Positions 43,918-54,911 of a stretch of DNA of 64,000 nucleotides are shown in pieces. Position 1 is the first letter of the stretch, and the number at the start of each line of letters is the position of its first letter. Both the position numbers and the translations under genes were made by a program. This stretch comes from an uncultured delta proteobacterium (GTDB lineage Bacteria > Myxococcota > Myxococcia > Myxococcales > Anaeromyxobacteraceae), in contig CAVYBH010000008.1 in NCBI GenBank assembly GCA_963766715.1, positions 96,001 to 160,000 on the forward strand, in the 5' to 3' direction. Below the pieces are notes generated by a model. It searched no databases, had not been told where the DNA came from, and worked only from the letters and a program-made list of their open reading frames with translations.

Positions 43918-44824
43918 CCGCGGCCCGGCGACCGGCGCCCAGCCTCTTCCCGGCCAGCTCGATCCAGGCCCGCGTGGCCGGGGAGAGGTGCCCGTCGCGG
44001 CGCCAGATGAGGGCCACGTCCCAGGGGATGACCGGCTCCTTCATCTTCACGCTCCGTACCTGGCGCCGGTCGAGCCGGCGGCAGATGGTCACGGGAAGGA
44101 GCGCCAGGCCGATGTTGGCCGCCACCATGGCCACGATGAAGTCCCAGTGCGAGCTCTCGCTCACCACCGTGGGCTGGAACCCGCTGCGGCGGCAGGCGTC
44201 GAGGATGTGGCCGTGGAGCGCGAACTCCGGCCGGTAGAGCACGAACGGGGTGTCGGCCAGCTCCCGGAGCGAGAGCGACCGCCTCCCGGCCAGCGGGTGG
44301 TCCGGGTGCAGGACGGCGCGGAGGTGGTCGTGCACGAAGGGAAGGGTCGCGAAGGTTCGCTCGTCGGTGGGGAGCACCACCGCCCCGACGTCGAGCTCGT
44401 GGCTGCGGACCAGCTCCGCAATCTGGTGCGACCCTTCCTCTCGCAGCTCGAGGGCGATGCCGGGGTAGGCCTCGTGGAAGGCCTTCAGGAGCGGCGGCAG
44501 GAACGCGACCCCCACGATGGGCGGCGTGCCAATCCGCAGCCGCCCCCGCCGGAGCGCCGCGAGCTCCTGCACCTCCTCCTCCATGACGCGCAGCGAATCG
44601 AGCACCCCCTGCGCCCCGGCCAGCACGATCTGCCCGGCCTCGGTGAGCTTCACCCGGCGGCGCTCCCGGACGAGGAGCGGCGTGCCGAGCTCCTCCTCGA
44701 GCGACTTCACCACCTTGCTGATGGCCGGCTGGGTGAGGCGCAGCGCGCGGCTGGCGCGGGTGAATCCCTGGTGACGGACCACCTCGGTGAAGACCCTGAG
44801 GGCGTGGACGTCCATGGCTTCCAT
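43904..44824 (-). CDS. LysR-family regulator (CidR-like)
   Basis: FTRAS..L.LTQPAISK....LEEELG HTH; SSHWDFI. Confidence 0.93.
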   Translation of the reverse strand: MEAMDVHALRVFTEVVRHQGFTRASRALRLTQPAISKVVKSLEEELGTPLLVRERRRVKLTEAGQIVLAGAQGVLDSLRVMEEEVQELAALRRGRLRIGTPPIVGVAFLPPLLKAFHEAYPGIALELREEGSHQIAELVRSHELDVGAVVLPTDERTFATLPFVHDHLRAVLHPDHPLAGRRSLSLRELADTPFVLYRPEFALHGHILDACRRSGFQPTVVSESSHWDFIVAMVAANIGLALLPVTICRRLDRRQVRSVKMKEPVIPWDVALIWRRDGHLSPATRAWIELAGKRLGAGRRAAVTAP

Positions 44825-44837
44825 TCCTCCAGGGAAT
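44823..44837. promoter_or_regulatory. LysR-type T-N11-A box
   Basis: ATTCC-N5-GGAAT palindrome at the lysR start, beside an AT-rich intergenic stretch. Confidence 0.55.
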
Positions 44838-44895
44838 CCATACTATAGCGTTAATCGATTTCCGTAATACTTGAGAGCCCGCTAAGTACCCCGCC

Positions 44896-45384
44896 ATGGA
44901 CATCGTCGAGCTGTTGAAGAACGAGGAAGACGCGATCGTTGGCGAGGCTCTTACCGCCGTGACCTGGCTCGAGCACTACGAGCGGGACGGCCAGGACATG
45001 GCCCGGGAGCGGCTCCGCGCCCTGTGCCGGCTGGTGGGCCAGGCCATCCGGACGCAGAACCTGGAGGACCTGCTCTCCCACGCGGCTCGCATCGCCCGGG
45101 AACGCCACGCAGCCGGCTACGATCGCGCCGAGGTGGTGAGCGCCTTCTCGGCGGTCGAGGAGTCGATCTGGCACCGCGCCCTCTCCGCGCTGCCGCCCGA
45201 GGAGCGCACCTGGGGTCTCGGCCTCGTGGGCACGGCCCTCGCTCACGCCAAGGAGGCCCTTTCCCGCGCCTTCGCCGAGGCCGGAACCGGGTCCCACCCC
45301 TCCTTCGTGGACCTCACCCCGCTCTTCCGCGGCGCCCCCGCCCGTCGCGACCGCTTCCGCGAGGATCTCGTCCACCCGGTCTGA
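44896..45384 (+). CDS. Hypothetical helical protein (RsbRD N-terminal-like)
   Basis: 162-aa ORF; IARERHAAGY...EV pattern. Confidence 0.6.
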   Translation: MDIVELLKNEEDAIVGEALTAVTWLEHYERDGQDMARERLRALCRLVGQAIRTQNLEDLLSHAARIARERHAAGYDRAEVVSAFSAVEESIWHRALSALPPEERTWGLGLVGTALAHAKEALSRAFAEAGTGSHPSFVDLTPLFRGAPARRDRFREDLVHPV

Positions 45385-45458
45385 GCGCCCCATCCGCGAC
45401 GTTTCGCGCCGGGCCCAAACGAGGGAACCTCTCGGCACCCGCTTCCCGGAGCCCGCCC

Positions 45459-46271
45459 ATGACCCTCAAGCACCTCCTCGTCCACCTCGACGCCAGCCCG
45501 CGCACCGAGGAGCGACTCGCACTCGCGGTCACGATGGCGCGGCGCCACGGCGCGCGCCTCACCGGACTCTTCTCGGAGAGCAGCTCGCTGGGATCGGGGA
45601 TCGTGGGCCGGCGCGACCCGGCCGCGCTGGCCGCGGACGTCGCCGCCGCGCGCACGGCCTTCGAGGCGCGCACCGCGGAGGCGCGGCTGGAGACGGACTG
45701 GTGGGCCATCGAGGGCGGCGACTACGCCCACGTCGTGGGCTGGACCGTGGTGTGCTGCCGGTACGCCGACCTGGCCATCTTCGGGCAGCGGGAGGAGGGA
45801 GCCCGCGTGCCGGCCGACCTGATCGAGCAGGCGCTCGAGGACGCGGGACGCCCGCTCCTGGTGGTTCCCTCGGTGGGGCACTACCCCGACGTCGGCCGGC
45901 GCGTCCTCGTGGCCTGGACCGGGAGCCGGGAATCGGCGCGGGCCCTGAACGACGCGCTGCCGCTGCTCTCCGGCGCCGAGGCGGTGTCCGTCCTCTCCAT
46001 CCAGCGTCCCAGCACCGGCGACGCGGGCGCGGTGCCCCCCGTGGACGTGGTGGCCCACCTGGCCGCACACGGAGTGAAGGCCAGCTACGAGCGGCTGCTC
46101 CTCGACGAGATGCACGTCGCCGATCACGTGCTCAACCGGGCCGCCGACTGGAACGCCGACCTGACGGTGGCGGGCGCCCACGGACAGCGCGGCTTCCCCT
46201 ACCTGCCGCGAAGCAGCATGACCGACGACTTCCTGCGCACGATGACGACGCCGCTCCTGCTGTCCCGCTGA
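45459..46271 (+). CDS. Universal stress protein (tandem USP)
   Basis: KHLLVHLD, GRPLLVVP, VAWTGSRES.RAL.DA, PLLLS. Confidence 0.9.
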   Translation: MTLKHLLVHLDASPRTEERLALAVTMARRHGARLTGLFSESSSLGSGIVGRRDPAALAADVAAARTAFEARTAEARLETDWWAIEGGDYAHVVGWTVVCCRYADLAIFGQREEGARVPADLIEQALEDAGRPLLVVPSVGHYPDVGRRVLVAWTGSRESARALNDALPLLSGAEAVSVLSIQRPSTGDAGAVPPVDVVAHLAAHGVKASYERLLLDEMHVADHVLNRAADWNADLTVAGAHGQRGFPYLPRSSMTDDFLRTMTTPLLLSR

Positions 46272-46284
46272 CGGGTCCCGGGAG

Positions 46285-47465
46285 CTACCGCGGCGCCGCG
46301 GCCATCCGCGCGTCGAGCCGGGCCCGCTCCGCCTGGAAGGCCGGCAGGTCGGCCGCCGGGATCGACTCCCGGCGCGTCTTGTGGACGGCGAAGGGATCGA
46401 GCACGCGGCCGCCCTGATCCTCGATCTGGTAGTGGAGGTGGGGCGCGAAGGAGTGGCCGCTGTTGCCGCTCACCGCGATCTGCTCGCCCTTCTTCACCGC
46501 CTGCCCCTTCTGGATGGACTTGGGGACGACGTCGAGGTGGAGGAAGATCGCGTGGCGCCCGGTGGCCGGATCGGCGAGGTCGAGGCAGTTGCCGTTGCTC
46601 GCGAACTTCCAGTTGCGGCGCGCGATGACGCCGTCGAACGGGGCGTACACCGGCGTTCCCACCGGCGCGCGGAAGTCCACGCCCTTGTGGCGCCGCCCGT
46701 CCTTCACGAGCGAGGTGACCTGCTCGTAGTCGCGGATCGGACCGTCCACCAGCCGCTCCTCCACCTCGCTGCCGTCGGCGCGGTAGTAGCGCGGGTACTT
46801 CGCTCCCGGCGCCTTCCAGCGATAGGCGGCGAAGGTCTTGCCCCGCTTCTGCGAGGTGTAGCGGAGCGCGTCGACGACCGGCTCCTGCGAGCCGCTCGCC
46901 CCCGCGCCGCCCGGGGGCGCAGGCGAGAAGAGGACCTCGATCCGGTCCCCCTTGCGCCCCTCCTTGGCCACCTGCAGGTCCCAGACGAGGAGGCGGTTCA
47001 CCACCTGCGTCAGCTCGGCGCCCAGCGTCTGGCCGCCCGGCCCGACGGCCACGGTGATGGTCTCCTCGAGGGGTCCGGCGAGCGATGCGGTGATGAGGCG
47101 CGGGCCCGCGGGAGATGCAGGGGCCGCGGCAGGCTGGGGTGCGGAAGGTTGCGCTGCGGCCGTGGCCAGCGGCGTGGCGGTGGGCGGCGCGGCGGTGGGC
47201 GCCGGCCCGGCGATGGTGCGGCGGCGGACGGTGCGGCCGCTCCTGGCGCGGCCGCGGGGGACGCGGGTACCTCGGCCACGGGGGCCGGTGACGAGGGGAC
47301 CGCGGCGGACGACGCGGCCGGTGCCGGGGCGGGCGGCGTGCGACGGCCGAGCAGGTAGCCGGCGGCCGCGGCGCCAATCGCGAGGACGAGCGCGCCGAGG
47401 ATCACGACGGGGGTCGCGGACTTCCGGGGGCCGGAGGACTGGGGATCGAAATCGATGCGGGCCAT
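46285..47465 (-). CDS. M23-family metallopeptidase with TM anchor
   Basis: HKGVDF, SGNSG.S..PHLHY; indel in the Pro/Ala linker. Confidence 0.9.
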
Positions 47466-47949
47466 GGGGGGCGAGAAGATACACCCAGTCGACCCTTCCC
47501 GCCTCGTTCCGGACGGAGCGTCCGCCTCCCGGCGCCGCCTCGTGAGGCCTATTCACCGTCCGTCAATCTGGGCCTTCCGGCAGGGCGACGCCGCGGGGTT
47601 CGTCCGTCCCGGATCGAGGCGAAGGGCCGCGGGCGCGCGGGAAGGGGAGCCGGGCCGGATCCGGAGAACGGCCGACCGTTTCCCCTCAGTCAAAATCTAC
47701 TTCATCGCTCCTTCTTGGGTCGTAATCGAAAATGCACCGTGACGCGGGTGTCGGGGCCGGCTGCCTGGCCGGTCGGTCGCGTCCCGAACTTGTCCGGTCT
47801 CGCCGAGCCACCAGGCCGCCCCGTTCGGGGCACGGGGCCGTGATGAGAACAGCCTCATAACTGCCGGTCAGGCCTGAGGATTTCCCTGGAGCCGCGGCTC
47901 GGAACCGAGCAAACCCGGTCGCTTGGATGCAATGCGTCGTTCCGTCGTC

Positions 47950-47963
47950 CTGATCTGGATCAA
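47950..47963. promoter_or_regulatory. FNR/Crp-family box candidate
   Basis: CTGAT-CTGG-ATCAA, one mismatch to TTGAT-N4-ATCAA. Confidence 0.45.
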
Positions 47964-48157
47964 TTGCCCATGGAGGTGGATGTACCCCGCGCGTCGGGAC
48001 ATGTGGTCGCACCCCAAAAGGACGAAGGATTCGCCCTCGCTGGACACCGGCGCGAGCGGAGGGCTCGAGCGGGGGAACGTCCGGTAGCAGGACGGCGGGG
48101 GGAGGCACTTCACCAAAAGTGAGTGCTCCGTCGGGCGAGCCAGACAGGGAGGCATTC

Positions 48158-51100
48158 GTGAAGCGGATCCAGATGGCCATCTTCGCAGCAGCCGTCGCCG
48201 GGGCAGTCGCCTGGGCGTCGTCCGCCAGCGCGCAGCAGTTCACCGCGTTTCCCACCCAGAACCCGCTCGGACCGACGGGGGCGGCGTACCAGACGAACTA
48301 TCCCTACCCGGGCCAATGCGTCGCCGATTCCACGCAGGCGGCCCTGTTCCCGGGACTTCCCGCTTGCTCCACGGCGGCCGGCGCCTCGAGCTTCGCGTGC
48401 GACGGCTCGTCGTCGAACCGCACCGCCGGCGGCTGGGCCGCCTGCAACGCCGTGAGCAAGTTCCAGACCCTCGCACCCGTCATTCCCAACTCCGCGCCGA
48501 CCCCGGGCGCCGTCGCCACGCCGCGGTTCGTCTGGGAGATGCTGAACCCGCCCGACTACGCGCCGGACAGGACGACGTTCCCGAACGCGGACTACTACGA
48601 GATCATCCTCCACGAGGCCTGGGGCTTCCAGGCGGCCGCCGGGCTCGACCTCTTCCCCGATCCCACCGTCGGGGTCTGCAGCATCACCGGCGCCTACTGT
48701 GACGCCGCGTCGCTCCCCGCGGGCTGTGGATCCTGCAACGCGGTCTTCCCGGGCGCACCGCCCGTGCCAAACGGCATGCAGTGGACGGGGCTCACCTGCA
48801 ACAGCCCGGGTGGCTGCAGTTGCCCGGCAGACCTGGCCGCCGGCGCCTTCAAGAGCGCCTACTGCAACGTGGGAGGCGCCACGGCGGCTGCGTCCCCGGC
48901 CGGCCGCGTCCCCTACGGCTATCCGCTCTACACGCCGATTTGGGGCGTGGGCATCCCGCCTGAACGGCGTCGGCCTTCCCGGCACGGCGACCTCCTGGTC
49001 GGCGAACGACTTCCTGGCGACCTGGCCGTCGATCAGCATCCGCGCCAACCGGGGCACGCCGGTCGTCGTGAAGTGGGTGAACGAGTTCCCGAACACCCAC
49101 GTCCTCTGCCCGTACCCCGACGCGGCGGACTGGCCGTGCGCGATCGACCGCACGTTCATGGGCGTGAAGGCCCGGATGGACCCGGCCGCCCTCCAGGGAA
49201 TGACGCTCAACAACGCACCGCTGAAGGCCGACGGCGTGAACCTCTTCGGCAGTCCGCAGCAGCCGGACAATTCCTGGGTGACCCACCTGCACGGCGGCGA
49301 GATCCCTCCGTCGACCGACGGCTTCGCCGAGAAGTGGTTCGGCAACCTCAACTCCGCGAAGACCTACAACGTGGGGGACAAGCTCGTCACGCCGGCCTTC
49401 GAGAGCGTGTCGGGCGTCGAGCTGCGCCGCCCCAACGGCAACTCCGACACGTACACGTATCCGATGGACCAGGAGGAGGCGACCATCTGGTTCCACGATC
49501 ACACCCTCGGCAAGACCCACCACAACGTGATCGCGGGCCCCGCCGGCTTCTTCCCCGTGAAGGAGCCGCTCAAGCACGGCAAGGTCGTGGCCGGAGCCTG
49601 CGTGGCGTCACCCGGCGCGAGCTGTGACTACACCTGGGTGGATCCGGTCACCGAGCCGCGGACCAGCGCCACCGCGCTCAACCTCCAGATCCCGACCTAC
49701 GACCTCTTCATGGCGGTCCAGGATCGCGCCTTCAACGACGACGGGAGCATCAACTTCTCGAACGGCCTCGGCCAGACCTTCGCGCCGGTGGTGGCCGGCC
49801 AGACGTCCATCACGAACGGCGTGAACCCGCTCGTGCACCCGACCTGGGTTCCCGAGTACTTCGGGGATCACGCGCTGGTGAACGGCGTCCTCTGGCCGAA
49901 GAAGTCGGTCGAGCCGGGCTGGTACCGCATGCGCCTCGTCGACGGGTCCGACTCGCGCTGCTACACGTTCGGGTTCCAGGTGGGCGCGATGCCCGCCCCC
50001 GGCGCGGCGGTGACCTTCCAGGTGCCCTTCTACGTCATCGCCAGCGACCAGGGGTACTACCAGAAGCCGGTGAAGGCGGTGCAGAACCGGCTCACCATGT
50101 GCCCCGGCGAGCGCTACGAGATCCTCGTCAACTTCGGCGCGCTCCCCACCGTCGCGGTCAACACCGGCACGCTCCAGCCCAACCCCTCCACGGTCTGGCT
50201 CGTCAACAACGCGCCCGCACCCTTCCCGGCCGGCTTCTCTCCCCAGGCGGCGGGCGGGCAGCCCGAGCTCAACGTCCTCATGCGCTTCGACGTGAACCCG
50301 GCCTTCGGACCGGGCGTGAAGAGCTGCGGCGCCACCGTGAAGACGGGCAAGGTCGCTGACCCCGGTCGCGCCCGCCAGCCTGAGCTGGGATCCCGGCAAC
50401 GTGGCCGCCAACCTGACCCGGTCCTCCGGCGCCGCGGGTGCGCCCCCCGCCGGGTTCTACGACCGGATCTGCATGCCGGCCGACCCGACGCTCCTGCCCG
50501 CCAACCCGAACTTCGTCGACATCCGGCCCGCCGTCACGGTCGCGAACGGCCAGCCCCTCGCGTTCCCGGCCGGCACCATCGTCCGCCAGGTGTACCTGAA
50601 CGAGCGGGTCGACGGGACCACCGCCGCTCCGCTGGGGATGCAGCTGAACGGCGTGCCCTTCGAGTACAAGGTCACCGAGACGCCGAAGCTCGGGTCCCGG
50701 GAGGTCTGGCAGTTCATCAACCTCACGGTGGACGCGCACCCGATGCACCCGCACCTGGTGCGGCACCTGACGGTGGCCCGGCAGAAGTTCAACGTCGGCG
50801 CCTACAAGCGGGCGCTCTGCGGGTCGACCACCTGCCAGCCGGGAACCTCCCCGGGCGGCGAGATGCAGGTCATCCCCGACGTGAACCAGGTCGTCGGCGG
50901 CGTTCCCACGTTCATGTCGGGCGCGGTCACGCTGGTGAACGGCACGTCGAACGACTCCGGCTACAAGGACGTGACGCGCGTGATGCCCGGCGAGGTGACC
51001 ACCATCGTCGCCGACTGGAAGCCGCGCTGGAACGCCAGCGGCGCGCCGAACGCCCCCGGGACCGCCGGATGCCCGAACGGCACCACCGGCTGCTCGGCTC

Positions 51101-51204
51101 CGTACGTGTACGAGTCGGTGACCTCCGGCCCGTACGTCTGGCACTGCCACATCAACTCGCACGAGGACTCGGAGATGATGCGCACGAGCCTCGTGGTGCC
51201 GTAG
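48158..51204 (+). CDS. Large secreted multicopper oxidase (CotA/bilirubin oxidase-like; frameshifted)
   Basis: Signal peptide; HLHG, WFHDH, HPMHPH, HCHINSHEDSEMM copper motifs. Confidence 0.92.
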
Positions 51205-51236
51205 ACGCCCGGATCCGGCAACCGTCCATCCGTCAG

Positions 51237-51268
51237 GGGCGGCGCCTCCGGGCGCCGCCCTTCTTCTT
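51237..51268 (+). terminator. Intrinsic terminator
   Basis: GGGCGGCGCC-TCCG-GGCGCCGCCC then TTCTTCTT. Confidence 0.8.
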
Positions 51269-51286
51269 CGTCGCCTGCGGGGAATC

Positions 51287-51778
51287 ATGAGCCTCCACCT
51301 TCGTCGCCTCGTCGCGGTCGGCCTCTCCCTCGCCCTGTCCGCGCCGCTGGCCGCGCGAGCCGAGCCCGCGGAGGCCTGGCGCTCCGCCCGGTGGGGGATG
51401 TCGCCGGCCGAGCTGCTCGAGGCCTTTCCCGGTCAGGCCTTCGCCCTGGAGCCCGCGCTGAGGCTCGCCGACGGAACCGTCGTCGCGGCCGGGATCGACG
51501 GGGTCACCGAGGAGGGGATCCGGCTCGACGCCCGGTTCCTGTTCTCGAACGGCCGCCTGGTCCTCGTCAGCCTCCGGACACCGAAGGGCGAGCCCGCGGA
51601 CGCGGCGGTCTACGGCAGGATGCGCGCCGCGCTCGAGACCCGCTGGGGCGCGCCCGCGGAGACGTCGTCCGAGGACGAGTTCGTCGACCTCCGGGAGACG
51701 CGATGGGTCCTGGAGTCGCGGCGCGCCGATCTGAAGTTCATCCCGGGCGTGGTCGTCCTCCTCTTCCATGCACGCTAG
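51287..51778 (+). CDS. Secreted hypothetical protein
   Basis: Signal peptide (ARA), WRSARWGMS. Confidence 0.65.
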   Translation: MSLHLRRLVAVGLSLALSAPLAARAEPAEAWRSARWGMSPAELLEAFPGQAFALEPALRLADGTVVAAGIDGVTEEGIRLDARFLFSNGRLVLVSLRTPKGEPADAAVYGRMRAALETRWGAPAETSSEDEFVDLRETRWVLESRRADLKFIPGVVVLLFHAR

Positions 51779-51787
51779 GATGCCGAC

Positions 51788-52415
51788 ATGCACGCGATGC
51801 TGATGGCAGCGATCCTCCTCGCGGCCGGGTCTCCGGCGACGGCCGCGGTCGAGACGCCTCCCATCGCGGCGGCCGCGCGGCCGGACGACTCCGACCCGAA
51901 CCCCGTTCCCTCCGGCTCCGCCGCCGACCAGGCGCTCTGGAAGGAGGCGCACGCGGTCTCCCGCGGCGTCGCGGCGGAGCGCCTCCGGTCGAACGAGATG
52001 CAGTGGCGCATCCGCCAGCAGGGGCAGCCCGCCCGGCTCGAGTCCCTCGCGCAGAAGGCTCCGCCGGACGAGGCGGCCCGCCTGCGCGACCTGCATCGCC
52101 CGGCTCGTGAACGTCGCGCAGGAGAACCAGTCCCTCCTGATGGCGCGGTGGCCCGTCGACCCGACCCGCGGCTGCCAGTACCCGGCCCTCAATCTGCAGG
52201 GCGTCATGGAGGCGGCGGAGACCCCGCGCAAGGCCTCGCAGCTCGCCGTGGTGCGCGAGGAGGCGACCGATTGCGTGGATCGCGCCCGCGTCTCCATCCA
52301 GGCCATGGCCGAGTCGAACGGCCGCCTCGAGCGCGTCCTCGCGGAGGCCGATGCGGCGCTCCCTCCGCTCCCGGTCGCGACTCCGCCGGGCCCGCCGGCA
52401 GGAAGGACGCCGTGA
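51788..52415 (+). CDS. Secreted helical hypothetical protein (frameshifted)
   Basis: Signal peptide; continues in another frame as RWPVDPTRGCQYP. Confidence 0.6.
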
Positions 52416-52892
52416 GCGCTCGCGCGATCCTGGTCTCCCTGCTGCTGGCGGCCGGAACGGCGGTGCACGCCGCGCCGCCTGCGTGCGAGGGGACGCTCTC
52501 CGGCGCCGTCACCGCCCGGTTCGCCTGCACGGTCGTGCTCGCCACCCAGCCGGACGGGGCGACCTATCTCGTGATCCACGGCAACGCGCCCATCGAGGGC
52601 GTCCCCTCCTACGCGCCCGGGGCCTTCGAGAATCCCGGGAGCCGTCGCGGAGCGGACCTACACGCTCGACACCCTCGGCATGGGTCGGGCGAGCGTGGCC
52701 GCCGACGGCGGCACGCTCTACATGGCGTCGAAGACCTCTGCGCAGCGAGGGGAGGTCACGCTCGTCCTCCTCCGCGTGATCAAGGACCCGGCTGCGCCGG
52801 CGGCCTTCGAGGCGCATGGCACCTACCGCGCCCGCCTGCTTCCGGTGGGAGCGGGGAAGCCGGGCGAGGTCGTGGTCGACGTCCGGTTCTAG
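52412..52892 (+). CDS. Secreted beta-rich hypothetical protein (frameshifted)
   Basis: Signal peptide (VHA); GTGA overlap with the upstream stop. Confidence 0.6.
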
Positions 52893-52927
52893 GGCGCCTG
52901 GCACGGCCGGACGGATCTGGGGAACTC

Positions 52928-53576
52928 ATGAGAAAGCTGCTGCTCGCGGTCGCGGCCATCGTCCTCTTCGGCGGGGGCGCGATCCTCTTCGTCCTCCTCG
53001 CGACGGGAGGCCCGGACGGATCCTCGTCGGCGAGCCCCGACCCGTCCGCTGCCCAGGGTGCGACGGGGCCCGCGGGGGCCCTGCCACCGATTCCCGCGCG
53101 CCCCGCTCCGGACCTGACCGGCCTCGGCGTGACCGCGACGGGCGTCCAGGGTCCCCGGATCGAGACCCTCCCGCCCCCGCCCAGGCCGCCTGCCGGCTCC
53201 TGGGAAGCGGTGGATCTCTCGCGCCCGCGGGCCCTCGGCCCGCTCGGCGGCGCGCTCGCGGCAACGCTCGCCGACCTCGAGCCGGACCTGTCGGCCTGCT
53301 TCGGGAAGGAGTCGCAGGCCCGGCACGCGCTGGAGCACTACACGATGACGAAGGACCACTCTCCGCTCGGGGACGTCGGCGCCACGATCCTGGTGCTCCA
53401 GGTGGAGACGCAGGATGGCCGCGCGACCATCGTGGATGCTCCGGTGGAGACCCTGGGGGATGCGAGCGACGGGCTCGTCGCCTGCGCCCAGCAGCGTCCT
53501 CCGCGGCCGCTCCTTCCCGGCCCCCGGGGCGAAGGCCGGAGCGAAGTACCGGGTCGTCCACAACCTGATGCAGTGA
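52928..53576 (+). CDS. TM-anchored Pro-rich protein, paralog 1
   Basis: TM, Pro linker, SWEAV..LSAC..ILVL..IVDAPV..CAQ. Confidence 0.7.
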
Positions 53577-53579
53577 TCC

Positions 53580-54216
53580 TCACCGCGCGAGCGGCAGCGC
53601 CATCCGGGCTCGACCGGGTCCCGGCACCACCGGCGCCGGGAAGACGTGGCCTCGCAGGACCTGCTGGGCGCAGGTGATCGCGCCCTCCGACGCTCGCCCC
53701 TGGGACTCGACCGTGCGCGTCCTCGATGCGGATCCGGCCGGCTTCCAGCTCCAGGTTCAGGACGAGGATCGTGGGGACGGGCTCGTCGGGGCTCCCGGGC
53801 TCGGGGGCCTGGGGCGGCGGCGCCTGGGCAGGGCGGACCTCGCGATCGTCGTCGAGGCACGCCGCCAGCCTGGGCTGGAGGATGCTCAGCTCGCTCGCCA
53901 GGATCGGCCCGATGAGTCCCATCCGGTCGGTGCGCGTCGCGACCGGCACCGCCTCCCACCTGTCCAGCTCGGGCGGGAGCGGCGGGGGTCCGGGCTCGAC
54001 CCGCGGGCCGGGCTCGGCGCGCGCGAGCGGACCCTCCGGGGCGGCGGGGGGCAGCGGAGGAAGCGGCGCGGCGACGGGGGGCGCGGCGGGCGGAGTCCCG
54101 GTCTCCGGCGCAGGGCCGTCGAGACGGGGCGTCCCGCTCCCCGTCGTCAGGATGAAGGCGATGGCGGCCGCGCCGACGAGGAGGATGGCCACGGCCGCGA
54201 TGGCGAGCGTTCTCAG
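53580..54216 (-). CDS. TM-anchored Pro-rich protein, paralog 2
   Basis: TM, Pro linker, RWEAV..LAAC..ILVL..IEDA..CAQQVLRG; start uncertain. Confidence 0.7.
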
Positions 54217-54243
54217 ATCGTCCCCTCGAGGGGGGATCGCGGG

Positions 54244-54859
54244 TCACGGCACGAGCGGGTACGTCACGCGCGCCCGCTCCCCGTCGGAGGCCTCGGGCAC
54301 CTGCACGGTGCGACCGCGCAGGATGCGCTGTGCGCAGGTGACGGCCGCGTCGCTCGCCGCGCCCCGATTCTCCATCGGCGCATCCACGATCCGGACCTCT
54401 CCCCGGTGCATCTCCAGCAGGAGCACGAGCACCGTCGTCCCCGTCTCCTCCGGCGGCGGCTCGCCGCCCGCGACGCCCTGCCGCTTCCCGCCGCGCCGGG
54501 CCTGGCTCACCTCGTCCGAGCAGGCGGCGAGCTGGGGCTTGAGATTGAAGAGATCGCGCCAGACCGCCACGCCCACCGGCCCCAGGGCGGAGAGCTGGGC
54601 GACCTGCTTCACCGCGTCCCAGGACCCGTCGGGCGGTGTCGTCCGGGGAGGCGCTTGCTCGACCACCGGGACGGGCGCGGGGCCGCCGGAAGCACGGCAG
54701 GAGGAGCGGAGGAGGGGCCGGCGCCCGGTCGCCCACCGGGGCCGGCGCCCGCGGCTCCGGCGAGGCCGGTCCGCCCGGCGCGAGCGTGATGAACAGGATG
54801 GCCCCCGCGCCGACGAGGACGATGCCGATGGCGATGAGCACGAACGAACGCACGGCCAA
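54244..54859 (-). CDS. TM-anchored Pro-rich protein, paralog 3
   Basis: TM, Pro linker, SWDAV..LAAC..VLVL..IVDAP..CAQRILRG. Confidence 0.7.
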
Positions 54860-54911
54860 AGGATAGCAGTTGCCCGCCGGAAGGCGAGCCTGGACCGGCT
54901 GCGCCGGGAGG

